Origin: Rhodospirillales bacterium
Lineage (GTDB): Bacteria > Pseudomonadota > Gammaproteobacteria > Steroidobacterales > Rariloculaceae
NCBI GenBank assembly: GCA_024640665.1
Contig: JAHEEO010000003.1
Span: 1 to 37,653, forward strand
DNA length: 37,653 nt
Reading direction: 5' to 3'
Positions within the stretch are counted from its first letter, which is position 1; every line of letters begins with the position of its first letter. Positions 15,959-28,199 of this stretch are shown in pieces. Position numbers and translations under genes: made by a program. The notes below the pieces were generated by a model. That model was not told where the DNA came from. It saw nothing but the letters and a program-made list of their open reading frames with translations, and made no database searches.

Positions 15959-16902
15959 CTGCGCTGCGCGTAGGTGTCGTCGGGGTTGGTTACCTAGGCC
16001 GTTTTCATGCGCAAAAACTTGCGGGGCTCGATTCGGCAGAATTGATCGGTGTCTACGACGCGCAGATTGATACCGCTGCTGCGGTGGCGACGGAGCTGGG
16101 GACAGTGGCTTTCGAAAGCTATGCCGCTTTGGCTGAGAAAATTGACGCAGTGAGTATCGCAGCTAGCACGCCGGCGCATTACCGTCTCGCCAAATATTTT
16201 CTCGAGCAGGGCGTGCACGTCTTTGTCGAGAAGCCAATCACAGAAACGAGCGCTCAAGCCGTTGAACTCGTAAATCTGGCTGATGCTCGCAGGCTGAAAC
16301 TTCAAGTCGGCCACATCGAACGCTTCAATCCAGCGCTGCTTGCAGCACGAGAACACCTGCACGATATTCGATTTGTCGAATGCCATCGTCTGGCGGCTTT
16401 CAAGACGCGCGGCGCCGACGTCGACGTTGTACTCGATTTGATGATTCATGACCTGGATATGGTCCTGTCTCTTATACAAGCCGAACCCATCAAGGTATCA
16501 GCAATGGGCCTGCCTGTACTTACCAAGACCGTGGACATTGCCAACGCAAGAATCGAGTTTGATAATGGTGCGGTTGCCAATGTCACCGCATCGCGCGTGT
16601 CTACCAACGCACAACGCAAGTTCCGTGCTTTTCAGGCAAATCAGTATCTATCGATTGACTTCGGTACCGGCATGATTCAACGAGTCACCAGCGACGGGGC
16701 ATGGGAAGGGGCTGGAGACAAAGTGCCACTCAACGTCAGCGAATGGTCTGCGGAGAAAGGTGACGCGCTGTTCTTAGAATTGGCGGCTTTTGTAGATGCT
16801 GTTTCAAGAGATACCGATGTTCCTGTACCAGGCCGGCAAGGCTATGCTGCATTGCTACTTGCGGAAAACATCTTGCAGTGCATTGAAGACGGCAAACGCT
16901 AA
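15955..16902 (+). CDS. Gfo/Idh/MocA family NAD-dependent oxidoreductase (GnnA-like candidate)
   Basis: The N-terminal Rossmann motif is RVGVVGVGYLGRFHA, and the EKP motif (VFVEKP) and the GHIERFNPA segment are present. Its ATG overlaps the lpxA stop codon (ATGA at 15955..15958). Confidence 0.85.
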   Translation: MTALRVGVVGVGYLGRFHAQKLAGLDSAELIGVYDAQIDTAAAVATELGTVAFESYAALAEKIDAVSIAASTPAHYRLAKYFLEQGVHVFVEKPITETSAQAVELVNLADARRLKLQVGHIERFNPALLAAREHLHDIRFVECHRLAAFKTRGADVDVVLDLMIHDLDMVLSLIQAEPIKVSAMGLPVLTKTVDIANARIEFDNGAVANVTASRVSTNAQRKFRAFQANQYLSIDFGTGMIQRVTSDGAWEGAGDKVPLNVSEWSAEKGDALFLELAAFVDAVSRDTDVPVPGRQGYAALLLAENILQCIEDGKR

Positions 16903-18308
16903 GAGGCTAACCTGTCTTGCTCGAGTCCAAGTTCCCGGATCTTGCGTGTGAGTGTATTTCGGCCCCAGCCGAGCAATTTTGCAGCTTCCCGGCGTTTTCC
17001 ATGAGTGGCCTTCAGTGCAGACAGAATGACCGCGCGTTCAAAGGCCGGCAAAGCCTCTTCCAATAGAGGCTTGTCTTCGACCAGCAGTTTTTGATCGGCC
17101 CAACGGCGTAGTTCCGATGTCCAGTCTGAGCTGCTCTTCGAGTCTGTTCCTGCAATTTCCGGAGGCAAATCGTGGATAACAATTTCCCGGCCGGCTGCGG
17201 TCACCGTGAGCCGCCTGCAGATATTGACTAACTCTCTAACATTGCCAGGCCAGTCATATTGCATCAGCTTTTCACTGGCGGCTTTGCTCATCGTCTTTGT
17301 CGGCACTTCGAGTTCTTTGCTTGCTATATCCAGGTACACGCGCGTCAATTCGGCAATGTCTTCCTTGCGTTCGCGCAGCGGCGGTACGGCAATTCGCATT
17401 ACGTTAAGGCGATGATATAAGTCTTCGCGGAAACTCCCGTCTTGCACAGCTTGGGCTAGATTTTGGTGGGTTGCAGCAATAACGCGAACATCGGTCTTAA
17501 TCGCCGCCGTTCCACCGACTCGATAGAATTCTTTTTCAGCTAAGACGCGCAACAACCGTGTTTGCAGCGCTGTGGACATGTCACCTATTTCATCAAGAAA
17601 CAATGTACCGCCGTCAGCCTGCTCAAAGCGGCCAATGCGCCGTTCAGTAGCACCGGTGAAGGCGCCTTTTTCGTGACCGAATAGTTCCGACTCTAACAAC
17701 TCAGCCGCAATTGCTGACGTATTTAGCGCGACAAAAGGTTCTTTACTGCGAGGCGAATTCTCGTGCAATGCTCGCGCGACAAGTTCTTTCCCCGTCCCGG
17801 ACTCGCCAGTGATGAGTGCGGTCATACTTGAACGCGCGAGGCGTCCAATGGACTTGAACACTTGCTGCATTGACGGTGCCTGACCGACTATGATCGGTTT
17901 GGCGCTGACCGCTTCCGGCTCCTGCACCGTTTTGCCTCTTTGACGACCGGCACGTTTAACCAGTTCGACGGCATCATCAACATCAAACGGCTTTGGCAAG
18001 TATTCGAACGCACCGCTTTGATAAGCCGATACTGCACTATCGAGATCGGAGTGTGCGGTGATCACGATGACTGGAATATCCGGCTCCTTAAGGGCGAGCT
18101 CCGCCATCAGCTCTAAACCGGTCATATCCGGCATATGAACGTCAGTTACGACAACATCGGGAACGTCGTTTTGCAGCGCTGCCAGAAAGTCTACGCCCGA
18201 TTCGAAACTACAAACTCTTATATGTGCCTGTGACAAAGCCTGCTCGAGCACCCAGCGTACGGATTCGTCATCGTCCACGACCCAGGCAAGCAATACATTG
18301 TCGTTCAT
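16899..18308 (-). CDS. glnG: nitrogen regulation protein NR(I), sigma-54-dependent response regulator NtrC
   Basis: It has a REC domain (DDDESVRWVL...D..MPDM.G), an AAA+ domain with GESGTGKE and the GAFTGA loop, and a C-terminal Fis-type HTH. The start overlaps the glnL stop codon. Confidence 0.95.
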   Translation of the reverse strand: MNDNVLLAWVVDDDESVRWVLEQALSQAHIRVCSFESGVDFLAALQNDVPDVVVTDVHMPDMTGLELMAELALKEPDIPVIVITAHSDLDSAVSAYQSGAFEYLPKPFDVDDAVELVKRAGRQRGKTVQEPEAVSAKPIIVGQAPSMQQVFKSIGRLARSSMTALITGESGTGKELVARALHENSPRSKEPFVALNTSAIAAELLESELFGHEKGAFTGATERRIGRFEQADGGTLFLDEIGDMSTALQTRLLRVLAEKEFYRVGGTAAIKTDVRVIAATHQNLAQAVQDGSFREDLYHRLNVMRIAVPPLRERKEDIAELTRVYLDIASKELEVPTKTMSKAASEKLMQYDWPGNVRELVNICRRLTVTAAGREIVIHDLPPEIAGTDSKSSSDWTSELRRWADQKLLVEDKPLLEEALPAFERAVILSALKATHGKRREAAKLLGWGRNTLTRKIRELGLEQDRLAS

Positions 18309-19306
18309 GCTGTTTCACCTTCCATGGCGGTGGCGCTGCTGATGATAGGCAGACGAATCTGAAATACGGTGCGTCCTGGTTCACTGGTTACTTCGATCAA
18401 GCCGTGGTGACGCGAAACCAGGTCTTGTGAAATTGTGAGGCCGAGCCCGGTCCCACTAGTGCGACCAGTGACCAATGGATAGAAAATAGTCTCGAGTATC
18501 TCTTCGGAAATGCCGGGACCGTTATCTTCGACTTCGATAGACAATACGAGCCGATAATATTGGCCGCCTAAAGTCATGTTACTCAAGGCGCGAGTGCGGA
18601 TCACTAAGACCCCGGTGTCACCAACGGCTTGCATGGCGTTGCGTACGACATTTAGCAAGGCTTGAATAAGTTGATTTTTGTCTGCGCTGAGTTCAGGCAG
18701 ACTGGGATCATAATCCCGCAAGATTGTTACACCTTCGGGTTTCTCCGCCTCGATCAAACGAGCGACGTGTTCGGTTATTTCATGCAGATTAATTTCTGCA
18801 AGGGCCGGTTTACCGCCGGCCTGCAGGATACTATCGACCAGAGCGGCAAGACGATCTACTTCTGTAATGATCACGCGCGTGTAGCGGGCCAGGTTTTCGT
18901 CTGGCAACTGTTTTTGTAGCAACTGCGCAGAACCACGCATTCCGCCGAGTGGGTTCTTCACCTCATGGGCGAGCTGACGGACGATGATCCGCGACAATTT
19001 TTGTTGCGCCATGAGTTCGCTTTCTTGGCGCAGACGATGGTCGATACTGACATCCGAAAATTCTAGCAACACGCCAGCAGGATTCTCCAATGGACTAATG
19101 CGGCAATTGATCACTAATTGCTTCGTCGCCACACGACAATGGAACTCTCTCAGACGAAATGGTGCACGGGTTTGGACCGTTCGCCCGCACAACCTGACGA
19201 TTGCTTCGCTTGGTGTGAGTAGTTCAGCCAACGTGAGGCCAAGCATTTGCCGGAAACTAAGACCAAGCAGGTGCTCGGCGGCGGGATTTACGAATGTCAC
19301 CCGCAA
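18305..19306 (-). CDS. glnL: nitrogen regulation sensor kinase NR(II) NtrB; 5-prime end unresolved
   Basis: It has a PAS segment (VNPAAEHLLG), an H-box (LAHEVKNPL) and the N, G1 and G2 boxes (NAMQA, DNGPGI, GTGLGL). The coordinate given uses the first canonical start, TTG 19306. NtrB-like sequence in this frame continues upstream to about 19399 (see finding). Confidence 0.85.
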   Translation of the reverse strand: MRVTFVNPAAEHLLGLSFRQMLGLTLAELLTPSEAIVRLCGRTVQTRAPFRLREFHCRVATKQLVINCRISPLENPAGVLLEFSDVSIDHRLRQESELMAQQKLSRIIVRQLAHEVKNPLGGMRGSAQLLQKQLPDENLARYTRVIITEVDRLAALVDSILQAGGKPALAEINLHEITEHVARLIEAEKPEGVTILRDYDPSLPELSADKNQLIQALLNVVRNAMQAVGDTGVLVIRTRALSNMTLGGQYYRLVLSIEVEDNGPGISEEILETIFYPLVTGRTSGTGLGLTISQDLVSRHHGLIEVTSEPGRTVFQIRLPIISSATAMEGETA

Positions 19307-19395
19307 TTGCGCATCAACAGTGACGACGGCGGTTGTCAGGTTACCGACGAGGTCACGACCATCGCGTTGATTAACGAAACCTACACCAGAAGGCT

Positions 19396-19935
19396 TTAGT
19401 TGGCGTTCCGGTTGTTTGGATTCTGGATGCTGGTTTGCTGAACCATGAACTGGGTTGGCAGCGACTGCAGTAAAATTCTGTCGCTGTTGTCGATTATCAC
19501 CGCCTGAACAGTATGAATACCGCGGTATATTTCGCTGAGCGTGAATCGGGTACCGCTGGGAATTGCGCTTTGCTGTTCGCCATCGAGCAGCAAAGCGAGG
19601 CGATGACCGACTTGTAAACTCGGCGTCACAGCCACTTCGACATTGATACTGCCGCCCGTATTCCAGAGCGTTTCTTGCTGCCCTGGGCTGATGACATCGA
19701 ATCGCGTGTAAGCGGGTGTCTGCGCAGACTCTGCTGCGGCAACCGGTGTTGGTGCCGATGTACGCGATGGTGCGGCCCGCGAGGGTCTCGCGTCCGGTAA
19801 ATTCACTTCGACCGCTCCTGGCACTGGACGGTCGGAGTAGTGCACGGTTCCGCTCGCGTCGACCCAGCGCCACGCCGGCGCGGCGCTCACGAGGGTCGTA
19901 ACCAGCGCTGACAGCAATATTAGCCACTTATGCAT
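19396..19935 (-). CDS. DUF4124 domain-containing secreted protein
   Basis: The signal peptide MHKWLILLSALVTTLVSAA is followed by WRWVDASGTVHYSDRP. The gene sits between glnA and glnL. Confidence 0.8.
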   Translation of the reverse strand: MHKWLILLSALVTTLVSAAPAWRWVDASGTVHYSDRPVPGAVEVNLPDARPSRAAPSRTSAPTPVAAAESAQTPAYTRFDVISPGQQETLWNTGGSINVEVAVTPSLQVGHRLALLLDGEQQSAIPSGTRFTLSEIYRGIHTVQAVIIDNSDRILLQSLPTQFMVQQTSIQNPNNRNAN

Positions 19936-19977
19936 GCTCCAAAGCTTAGCGCCGCATGCTCCCCCAATCCAGGCTTT

Positions 19978-20003
19978 GTGGCGGGATTTGCGAACCCCGC
20001 CAC
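19978..20003 (-). terminator. GC-rich stem-loop downstream of glnA (possible partial terminator or processing site)
   Basis: On the minus strand: GTGGCGGG-GTTCGCAAAT-CCCGCCAC, an 8-bp stem lying 34 nt after the glnA stop codon. No U-tract follows it, so intrinsic termination would be weak at best. Confidence 0.3.
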
Positions 20004-20036
20004 ATTACCGGTTTAACATTTGTCGCCAATTGACAC

Positions 20037-21449
20037 TTATAGGCTGAAATACATCGCGAATTCGACAGGATGTGTCGCCTGCTGAAGCCGGGTCACATCT
20101 TCTGTCTTCAGATCTATATAGGCGTCGATCAGATCGTCGCTGAAGACATCGCCAGCCTTGAGGAATTCTCGATCCGCGTCCAGCGCTGCCAAAGCCTGCT
20201 GCAGTGAATAGCACACTTGAGGAATCTTCTTTTCCTCTTCCGGTGGCAGATCATAAAGGTCTTTATCTGCCGGTTCGCCAGGATCGATCTTATTCTTGAT
20301 ACCGTCTAGTCCTGCCATCATCATCGCGGTGAACGCGAAGTATGGGTTGGCCGTACTATCCGGGAATCGCACTTCAATGCGACGTGCTTTCGGATTAGCA
20401 ACATACGGGATGCGAATGGCTGCAGAGCGGTTACGCGCGGAATAGGCGATCAACGTGGGCGCTTCGAAGCCTTTGATGAGCCGCTTGTAACTGTTGGTCG
20501 AGGCATTTGTGAAAGCGTTGAGGGCTTTAACGTGCTTCTTGATGCCGCCGATGTAATACAGCGCTGTTTGCGACAAACCGCCGTACTGGTCGCCGGTGAA
20601 CAGGTTCTTGCCATCCTTCACGAGCGACTGGTGAACATGCATCCCGTTGCCATTATCACCGACAAGCGGTTTTGGCATGAAGGTGGCCGTTTTGCCATAG
20701 CTGTGCGCAACATTCTGGACAACGTACTTGAGCACCTGCACTTCGTCTGCTTTACGCACCAGTTTGCCGAATCTAACACCAATCTCACATTGGCCTGCTG
20801 TGGCTACTTCGTGGTGATGTACTTCGGTCACGAGACCCATTTCTTCCAGCGCCAGGCACATGGCTGATCGCACATCGTGCAGGGAATCTACTGGGGGAAC
20901 CGGGAAATAGCCGCCCTTGACACCCGGCCGATGGCCAAAGTTACCGTCTTCCATGATCGCGCCTGATGCCCATGCGCCTTCGGAGGAATTGATCGCAAAG
21001 AATGTATCGTGCATTTCGGTCGAGTAGCGCACATCATCAAAGATGAAAAACTCATTCTCCGGACCGAAAAACGCCTCATCGGCAATGCCGGTTGCTCGGA
21101 GATAAGCCTCTCCGCGTACGGCAGTTGACCTTGGATCGCGTGTGTATCCCTGCATTGTGGAGGGCTCAACGACGTCGCAATGGATGTTCAGGGTCGGTTC
21201 GTCGGTAAACACATCCAAGACGGCGGTTTCGCAGACCGGCATCAATATCATGTCGGACTCATTGATCCCCTTCCAACCGGCAATTGACGATCCGTCAAAC
21301 ATTTTGCCGTCTTCGAAAAATGCTTCATCAACTTCGTGATTCGTGACCGTTACGTGTTGCTCTTGGCCACGCGTATCAGTTAAGCGCAAATCAATGAACT
21401 TGACGTTCTTTTCTTGTATTAGTTTCAACACGTCGGCTGGCGACATCAC
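20037..21449 (-). CDS. glnA: type I glutamine synthetase
   Basis: 470 aa with full GSI signatures, including FDGSSI, the [14 protein letters not shown] region and the adenylylation-site region (NLYDLPPEE-like DLYDLPPEE). Confidence 0.97.
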   Translation of the reverse strand: MMSPADVLKLIQEKNVKFIDLRLTDTRGQEQHVTVTNHEVDEAFFEDGKMFDGSSIAGWKGINESDMILMPVCETAVLDVFTDEPTLNIHCDVVEPSTMQGYTRDPRSTAVRGEAYLRATGIADEAFFGPENEFFIFDDVRYSTEMHDTFFAINSSEGAWASGAIMEDGNFGHRPGVKGGYFPVPPVDSLHDVRSAMCLALEEMGLVTEVHHHEVATAGQCEIGVRFGKLVRKADEVQVLKYVVQNVAHSYGKTATFMPKPLVGDNGNGMHVHQSLVKDGKNLFTGDQYGGLSQTALYYIGGIKKHVKALNAFTNASTNSYKRLIKGFEAPTLIAYSARNRSAAIRIPYVANPKARRIEVRFPDSTANPYFAFTAMMMAGLDGIKNKIDPGEPADKDLYDLPPEEEKKIPQVCYSLQQALAALDADREFLKAGDVFSDDLIDAYIDLKTEDVTRLQQATHPVEFAMYFSL

Positions 21450-21544
21450 TTTCCTCCATCAGTCTGTTCTTGGAACCTATAATCGAACCGGCTCGAGACC
21501 TGCTTGCCGCAATGTCTTGCCGATTCATTGCAATTCTTTGACAG

Positions 21545-21560
21545 TGCACTATTCGTGCCA
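21545..21560 (-). promoter_or_regulatory. sigma-54 promoter of glnA (glnAp2 type)
   Basis: The minus strand reads TGGCAC-GAATA-GTGCA against the consensus TGGCAC-N5-TTGCA. The GG and GC dinucleotides are correctly spaced. The site is about 85-110 nt upstream of ATG 21449. Confidence 0.7.
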
Positions 21561-21653
21561 AAACAGTGCGCCTTGTAAGCTATTGATTTATAAGTATCGC
21601 TGCTGCTGTAGGCGCATGTTGCGCTCCAATGTAGTGCAACTGGTTCGGCATAA

Positions 21654-21670
21654 TGCACCAAAACGATGCG
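21654..21670. promoter_or_regulatory. candidate NtrC enhancer site
   Basis: TGCACCAAAACGATGCG compares with the NtrC consensus TGCACCA-N3-TGGTGCA at 7/7 positions in one half-site and 4/7 in the other. It lies about 100-125 bp upstream of the sigma-54 promoter elements, the usual enhancer distance. Confidence 0.4.
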
Positions 21671-21784
21671 GAAAGCATCGCTAGCGATGAGGTGGCGATG
21701 TGATAGATGCTCCCGATGCAGCTTATGGCTCTATATACTGCCTCGCTTTGGAACGTGCCAGCGCGGTACGCGGAGAGAATAATA

Positions 21785-23350
21785 ATGGTATCGATGGATA
21801 AGCTCGTTTCGCTGTGCAAGCGGCGTGGTTTTGTGTTCCCTTCGAGTGAAATCTATGGCGGGTTGAACGGCTGTTGGGACTATGGGCCACTGGGCGTAGA
21901 GCTCAAACGCAATGTGAAACAGGCCTGGTGGGACGACATGCTCAGGCATCACGACGATACGCTGGCGAGCGCGGGTGCTCCGAGCGCCTTCTCGATGGTA
22001 GGGCTCGACAGCGCGTTGCTGATGAATCCGACAGTTTGGGAAGCAAGTGGCCACGTCGGTGGTTTTAGTGATCCGATGGTGGATTGCCGCGAGACTCGCG
22101 CGCGTTATCGGGGCGATCAACTCGTCGTTTTTGCGCTGGTATTCGTGGCTGACGATGGCAACTCCGAAGAAGTGGACGAAATCTTATTTGCTGCGCCTGG
22201 AGAAGCCGGCAAAACGGCAGACGCAGAATTGATTGGTGTGCATCGGAAACGGATCGGCACTATCGCAAAGCGTTTTGGCAAGAGCGCGCCAGATCACTTG
22301 GCGCTGCATGACGATGCGCTCACTGATCCCGAGCTACGGTCAAAAATCTTGGCGCCGAATGCCAAAGAGCCTGGCTCATTGACAGCGCCGCGAGCTTTCA
22401 ATCTGATGTTCAAAACCCATGTTGGCGCAATGGAGGATCACTCCAGCGTTGCCTACTTGAGACCGGAAACCGCTCAGGGAATTTTCGTCAATTTCAAGAA
22501 TGTGCTGGACACCGCCCGCGTAAAACTGCCCTTTGGAATCGGACAGATCGGAAAAGCGTTTCGGAACGAAATTAATCCACGCAATTTCACATTTAGGAGC
22601 CGGGAGTTCGAGCAGATGGAGATTGAGTTCTTCTGTCGGCCCGAAGAAGCTGCGCAGTGGTACACATTTTGGCGTGATCGGCGTTTTCAGTGGTATCAGG
22701 ATTTGGGTATTCGCGCTGAGAACTTGCATTTGCGCGAGCACGATAAGTCAGAGCTGGCTCATTATGCGGCGGGCTGCGCGGATGTGGAGTATGACTTTCC
22801 GTTTGGTCAGAGTGAATTGGAAGGGATTGCAAATCGCGCGGATTTTGATCTGTCCCAACATATGCAAACCAGTGGTAAAGACCTGCGCTATTTCGATGAC
22901 CAAGCTACGTCCGATGAATTGCGCCGGTTTCTTCCGCATGTCATTGAACCGTCTGCCGGCGCTGATCGAGGCACGCTCGCGTTTCTGTGTGACGCTTATC
23001 ACGAAGACGAGGTCGGTGGCGAAACTCGGACTGTGATGCGCTTGCATCCGCGCCTGGCGCCGATTAAGGCGGCCGTGTTTCCGCTCGTAAAGAAAGAAGG
23101 GATGCCGGAGAAAGCGCAGGAGATATATCGGTCGTTACGCAAACACTTCAATGTCGCGTACGACGAGAAGGGCGCGATCGGACGACGTTATCGGCGGCAG
23201 GATGAGGCTGGAACACCCTATTGCATCACAGTAGACGGGGATACGTTGGCTCAAGGCAGCGTAACCGTCCGGGATCGGGACACGCTGGAACAGCATCGAG
23301 TCGGCGTGGATGAATTGCAAAATTTCTTGCGCGACGCAATTGAACCGTAG
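21785..23350 (+). CDS. glyQS: glycine--tRNA ligase, homodimeric (alpha2, GlyQS) type
   Basis: I trimmed the track ORF to ATG 21785, which has GGAGAG 7 nt upstream. The N-terminus MVSMDKLVSLCKRRGFVFPSSEIYGGLNGCWDYGPLGVELKRNV, class II motif 2 (FRNEI.PR.F.FR.REFEQME.EFF), motif 3 (PHVIEPSAG.DR) and the C-terminal anticodon-binding domain are all present. Confidence 0.93.
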   Translation: MVSMDKLVSLCKRRGFVFPSSEIYGGLNGCWDYGPLGVELKRNVKQAWWDDMLRHHDDTLASAGAPSAFSMVGLDSALLMNPTVWEASGHVGGFSDPMVDCRETRARYRGDQLVVFALVFVADDGNSEEVDEILFAAPGEAGKTADAELIGVHRKRIGTIAKRFGKSAPDHLALHDDALTDPELRSKILAPNAKEPGSLTAPRAFNLMFKTHVGAMEDHSSVAYLRPETAQGIFVNFKNVLDTARVKLPFGIGQIGKAFRNEINPRNFTFRSREFEQMEIEFFCRPEEAAQWYTFWRDRRFQWYQDLGIRAENLHLREHDKSELAHYAAGCADVEYDFPFGQSELEGIANRADFDLSQHMQTSGKDLRYFDDQATSDELRRFLPHVIEPSAGADRGTLAFLCDAYHEDEVGGETRTVMRLHPRLAPIKAAVFPLVKKEGMPEKAQEIYRSLRKHFNVAYDEKGAIGRRYRRQDEAGTPYCITVDGDTLAQGSVTVRDRDTLEQHRVGVDELQNFLRDAIEP

Positions 23351-23386
23351 TTGCCAGCCTAGTGCCGGAGCGCATCTATTAGCCAC

Positions 23387-23937
23387 ATGAATTCAACTGC
23401 TGCTGTTGTATTGGACAGAGACGGCGTAATTAACGTTGATACGCCTGGTGAATACATCAAACATCCAGACGAGTGGCAACCCATCCCTGGGAGCTTGGAG
23501 GCCATTGCTCGATTGACGGCAATGGGCAGACAGATTTTCGTCGTGTCGAACCAATCGGGCGTTGGGCGCGGCTTATTTACTTTGGATGTCCTCCAAGCCA
23601 TACATCAGAAGATGCGCCTTGCCGTTGTGGCCGCGGGCGGGGAATTGACTAGAATTTATTTCTGTCCGCATCGACCCGAAGATCGATGTGATTGCCGAAA
23701 GCCCGCAACGGGAATGCTGTCACAAATTTGCGAAGAGTGGAATTTGACGCTCGAGGGCATACCGTTCGTTGGTGACAAAGCCGCGGATATGGATGCTGCG
23801 CGTGCGGTTGGAGCTCGCGAGATGTTGGTACTGACCGGTCATGGCTCGGATACGTTGAGCGCGGAACATTCTGTCGCGAATGAAATATTTCCGGATTTGG
23901 CTGCCGCTGTAGATGCGATCGTGAGGAGACCAGTTTA

Positions 23938-23938
<1 letters not shown>
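23387..23938 (+). CDS. gmhB: D-glycero-beta-D-manno-heptose 1,7-bisphosphate 7-phosphatase
   Basis: The HAD motifs are present: VLDRDGVIN and VSNQSG. The Zn-binding motif CPH...C.CRKP and GDK..D also match GmhB. Confidence 0.88.
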
Positions 23939-27116
<3,178 letters not shown>

Positions 27117-27125
27117 TTATACACC

Positions 27126-28190
27126 CTAGTCCTGCCGAATAGCGCCTTGTTCCACGTGAAACACTCGAGATACCTCAAACGGTTCGAGGTTCTGCTCTGA
27201 GATCCCGGTCATTAACAACTGCATCGGCAAAGCCCTTAACTCTGTTATCAAGCGGGCAAGTGACCGGTTATCCAATTCGGCTGCTGGATCGTCAACCAGT
27301 AAAATCCCAGGCTCCGCACTTCTCGCCGTGAACTCCTGTAGCTCCCCTAAGATCAAAGCGGCGGCTATTAATTTCTGCTGGCCCCTTGATGCAGCGTCTT
27401 TTGCGTCCGCGTCGTTCAACCGGATGGCTAAATCAGCCCGATGCGGTCCCACATGCGTCATTCCACGCTGACGATCACGCTCCAAACTCCCCCGCAGCGC
27501 ATCCGCCAAACCCTTTCCATCGAACCCGCCCGAGCGATATACCACAGAGATATTTTCACCCAGCAACCGCTTACCCACATCAGCGACCCTTTCGCTCCAC
27601 GCCTGAACAAAACCGCTCCGTGTCTGATGTACACGCTCTGCCGCTAATATGAATTGTTCCGTCCAAGCCTCAATTACAGCCACATTCTGGCCAGTTTTGA
27701 GCGCTTTATTGCGTTGAATCAGGGCCCGACGGTAATCACGCCAAGTCTCCAAATACGGCTGTTCCACGTGGAACACCGCCCAATCCAAAAACCGCCGCCG
27801 CTCGCTGGGCCCCGCATCTACAAGAGAATGCATACTCGGATCCAAGACATGAACGGGCAGCAATCGAGATAGCGCTGACGAACGCCAACCCGACTCGCCG
27901 TCAACTTTCAGCTGCAAAGACCCTGCTTTGAATTCCAGACCCAGACGATGCGTACGACCCCCGCTCTGGGCCACCGCGCTAATCAAGAAACCATCTTTAC
28001 CACGCTGAACTAACCGAGCATTCAGTCTCGAACGGAACGAGCGGCCCCGACTCAATAAGTAAATTGCTTCCAGTACAGAAGTCTTTCCTGCCCCATTTAG
28101 ACCGTAAAGAAAATTACTTTGGGGATGTAACTCGAGATCCACCGCGTCCAGGCAGCGCAGCTGCCTGACTTGAAGACGCTGCAGAGTCAT
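27126..28190 (-). CDS. recF: DNA replication and repair protein RecF
   Basis: The Walker A is GLNGAGKTSVLEAI. The signature motif region and the Walker B (ILLVDDPAAELD) are present. It sits in the dnaN-recF-gyrB order. Confidence 0.95.
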   Translation of the reverse strand: MTLQRLQVRQLRCLDAVDLELHPQSNFLYGLNGAGKTSVLEAIYLLSRGRSFRSRLNARLVQRGKDGFLISAVAQSGGRTHRLGLEFKAGSLQLKVDGESGWRSSALSRLLPVHVLDPSMHSLVDAGPSERRRFLDWAVFHVEQPYLETWRDYRRALIQRNKALKTGQNVAVIEAWTEQFILAAERVHQTRSGFVQAWSERVADVGKRLLGENISVVYRSGGFDGKGLADALRGSLERDRQRGMTHVGPHRADLAIRLNDADAKDAASRGQQKLIAAALILGELQEFTARSAEPGILLVDDPAAELDNRSLARLITELRALPMQLLMTGISEQNLEPFEVSRVFHVEQGAIRQD

Positions 28191-28199
28191 GCCACGCGC

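Noticed and set aside
18305-19927. The 540-aa ORF taken at face value as a long NtrB
   Set aside because: The first ~180 residues are Arg-rich, low-complexity sequence with no kinase or PAS similarity. They completely overlap, in another frame, a well-formed DUF4124 gene with a signal peptide (19396..19935). The open frame is best explained as a GC-rich shadow. Only the part from about 19399 downward resembles NtrB.
19932-19962. 9-bp direct repeat GCATGCTCC (19932..19940 and 19954..19962) upstream of the DUF4124 gene
   Set aside because: There are only two short copies, one of which overlaps the start codon. There is no palindromic or phased structure and no match to a known operator, so it is probably coincidental.
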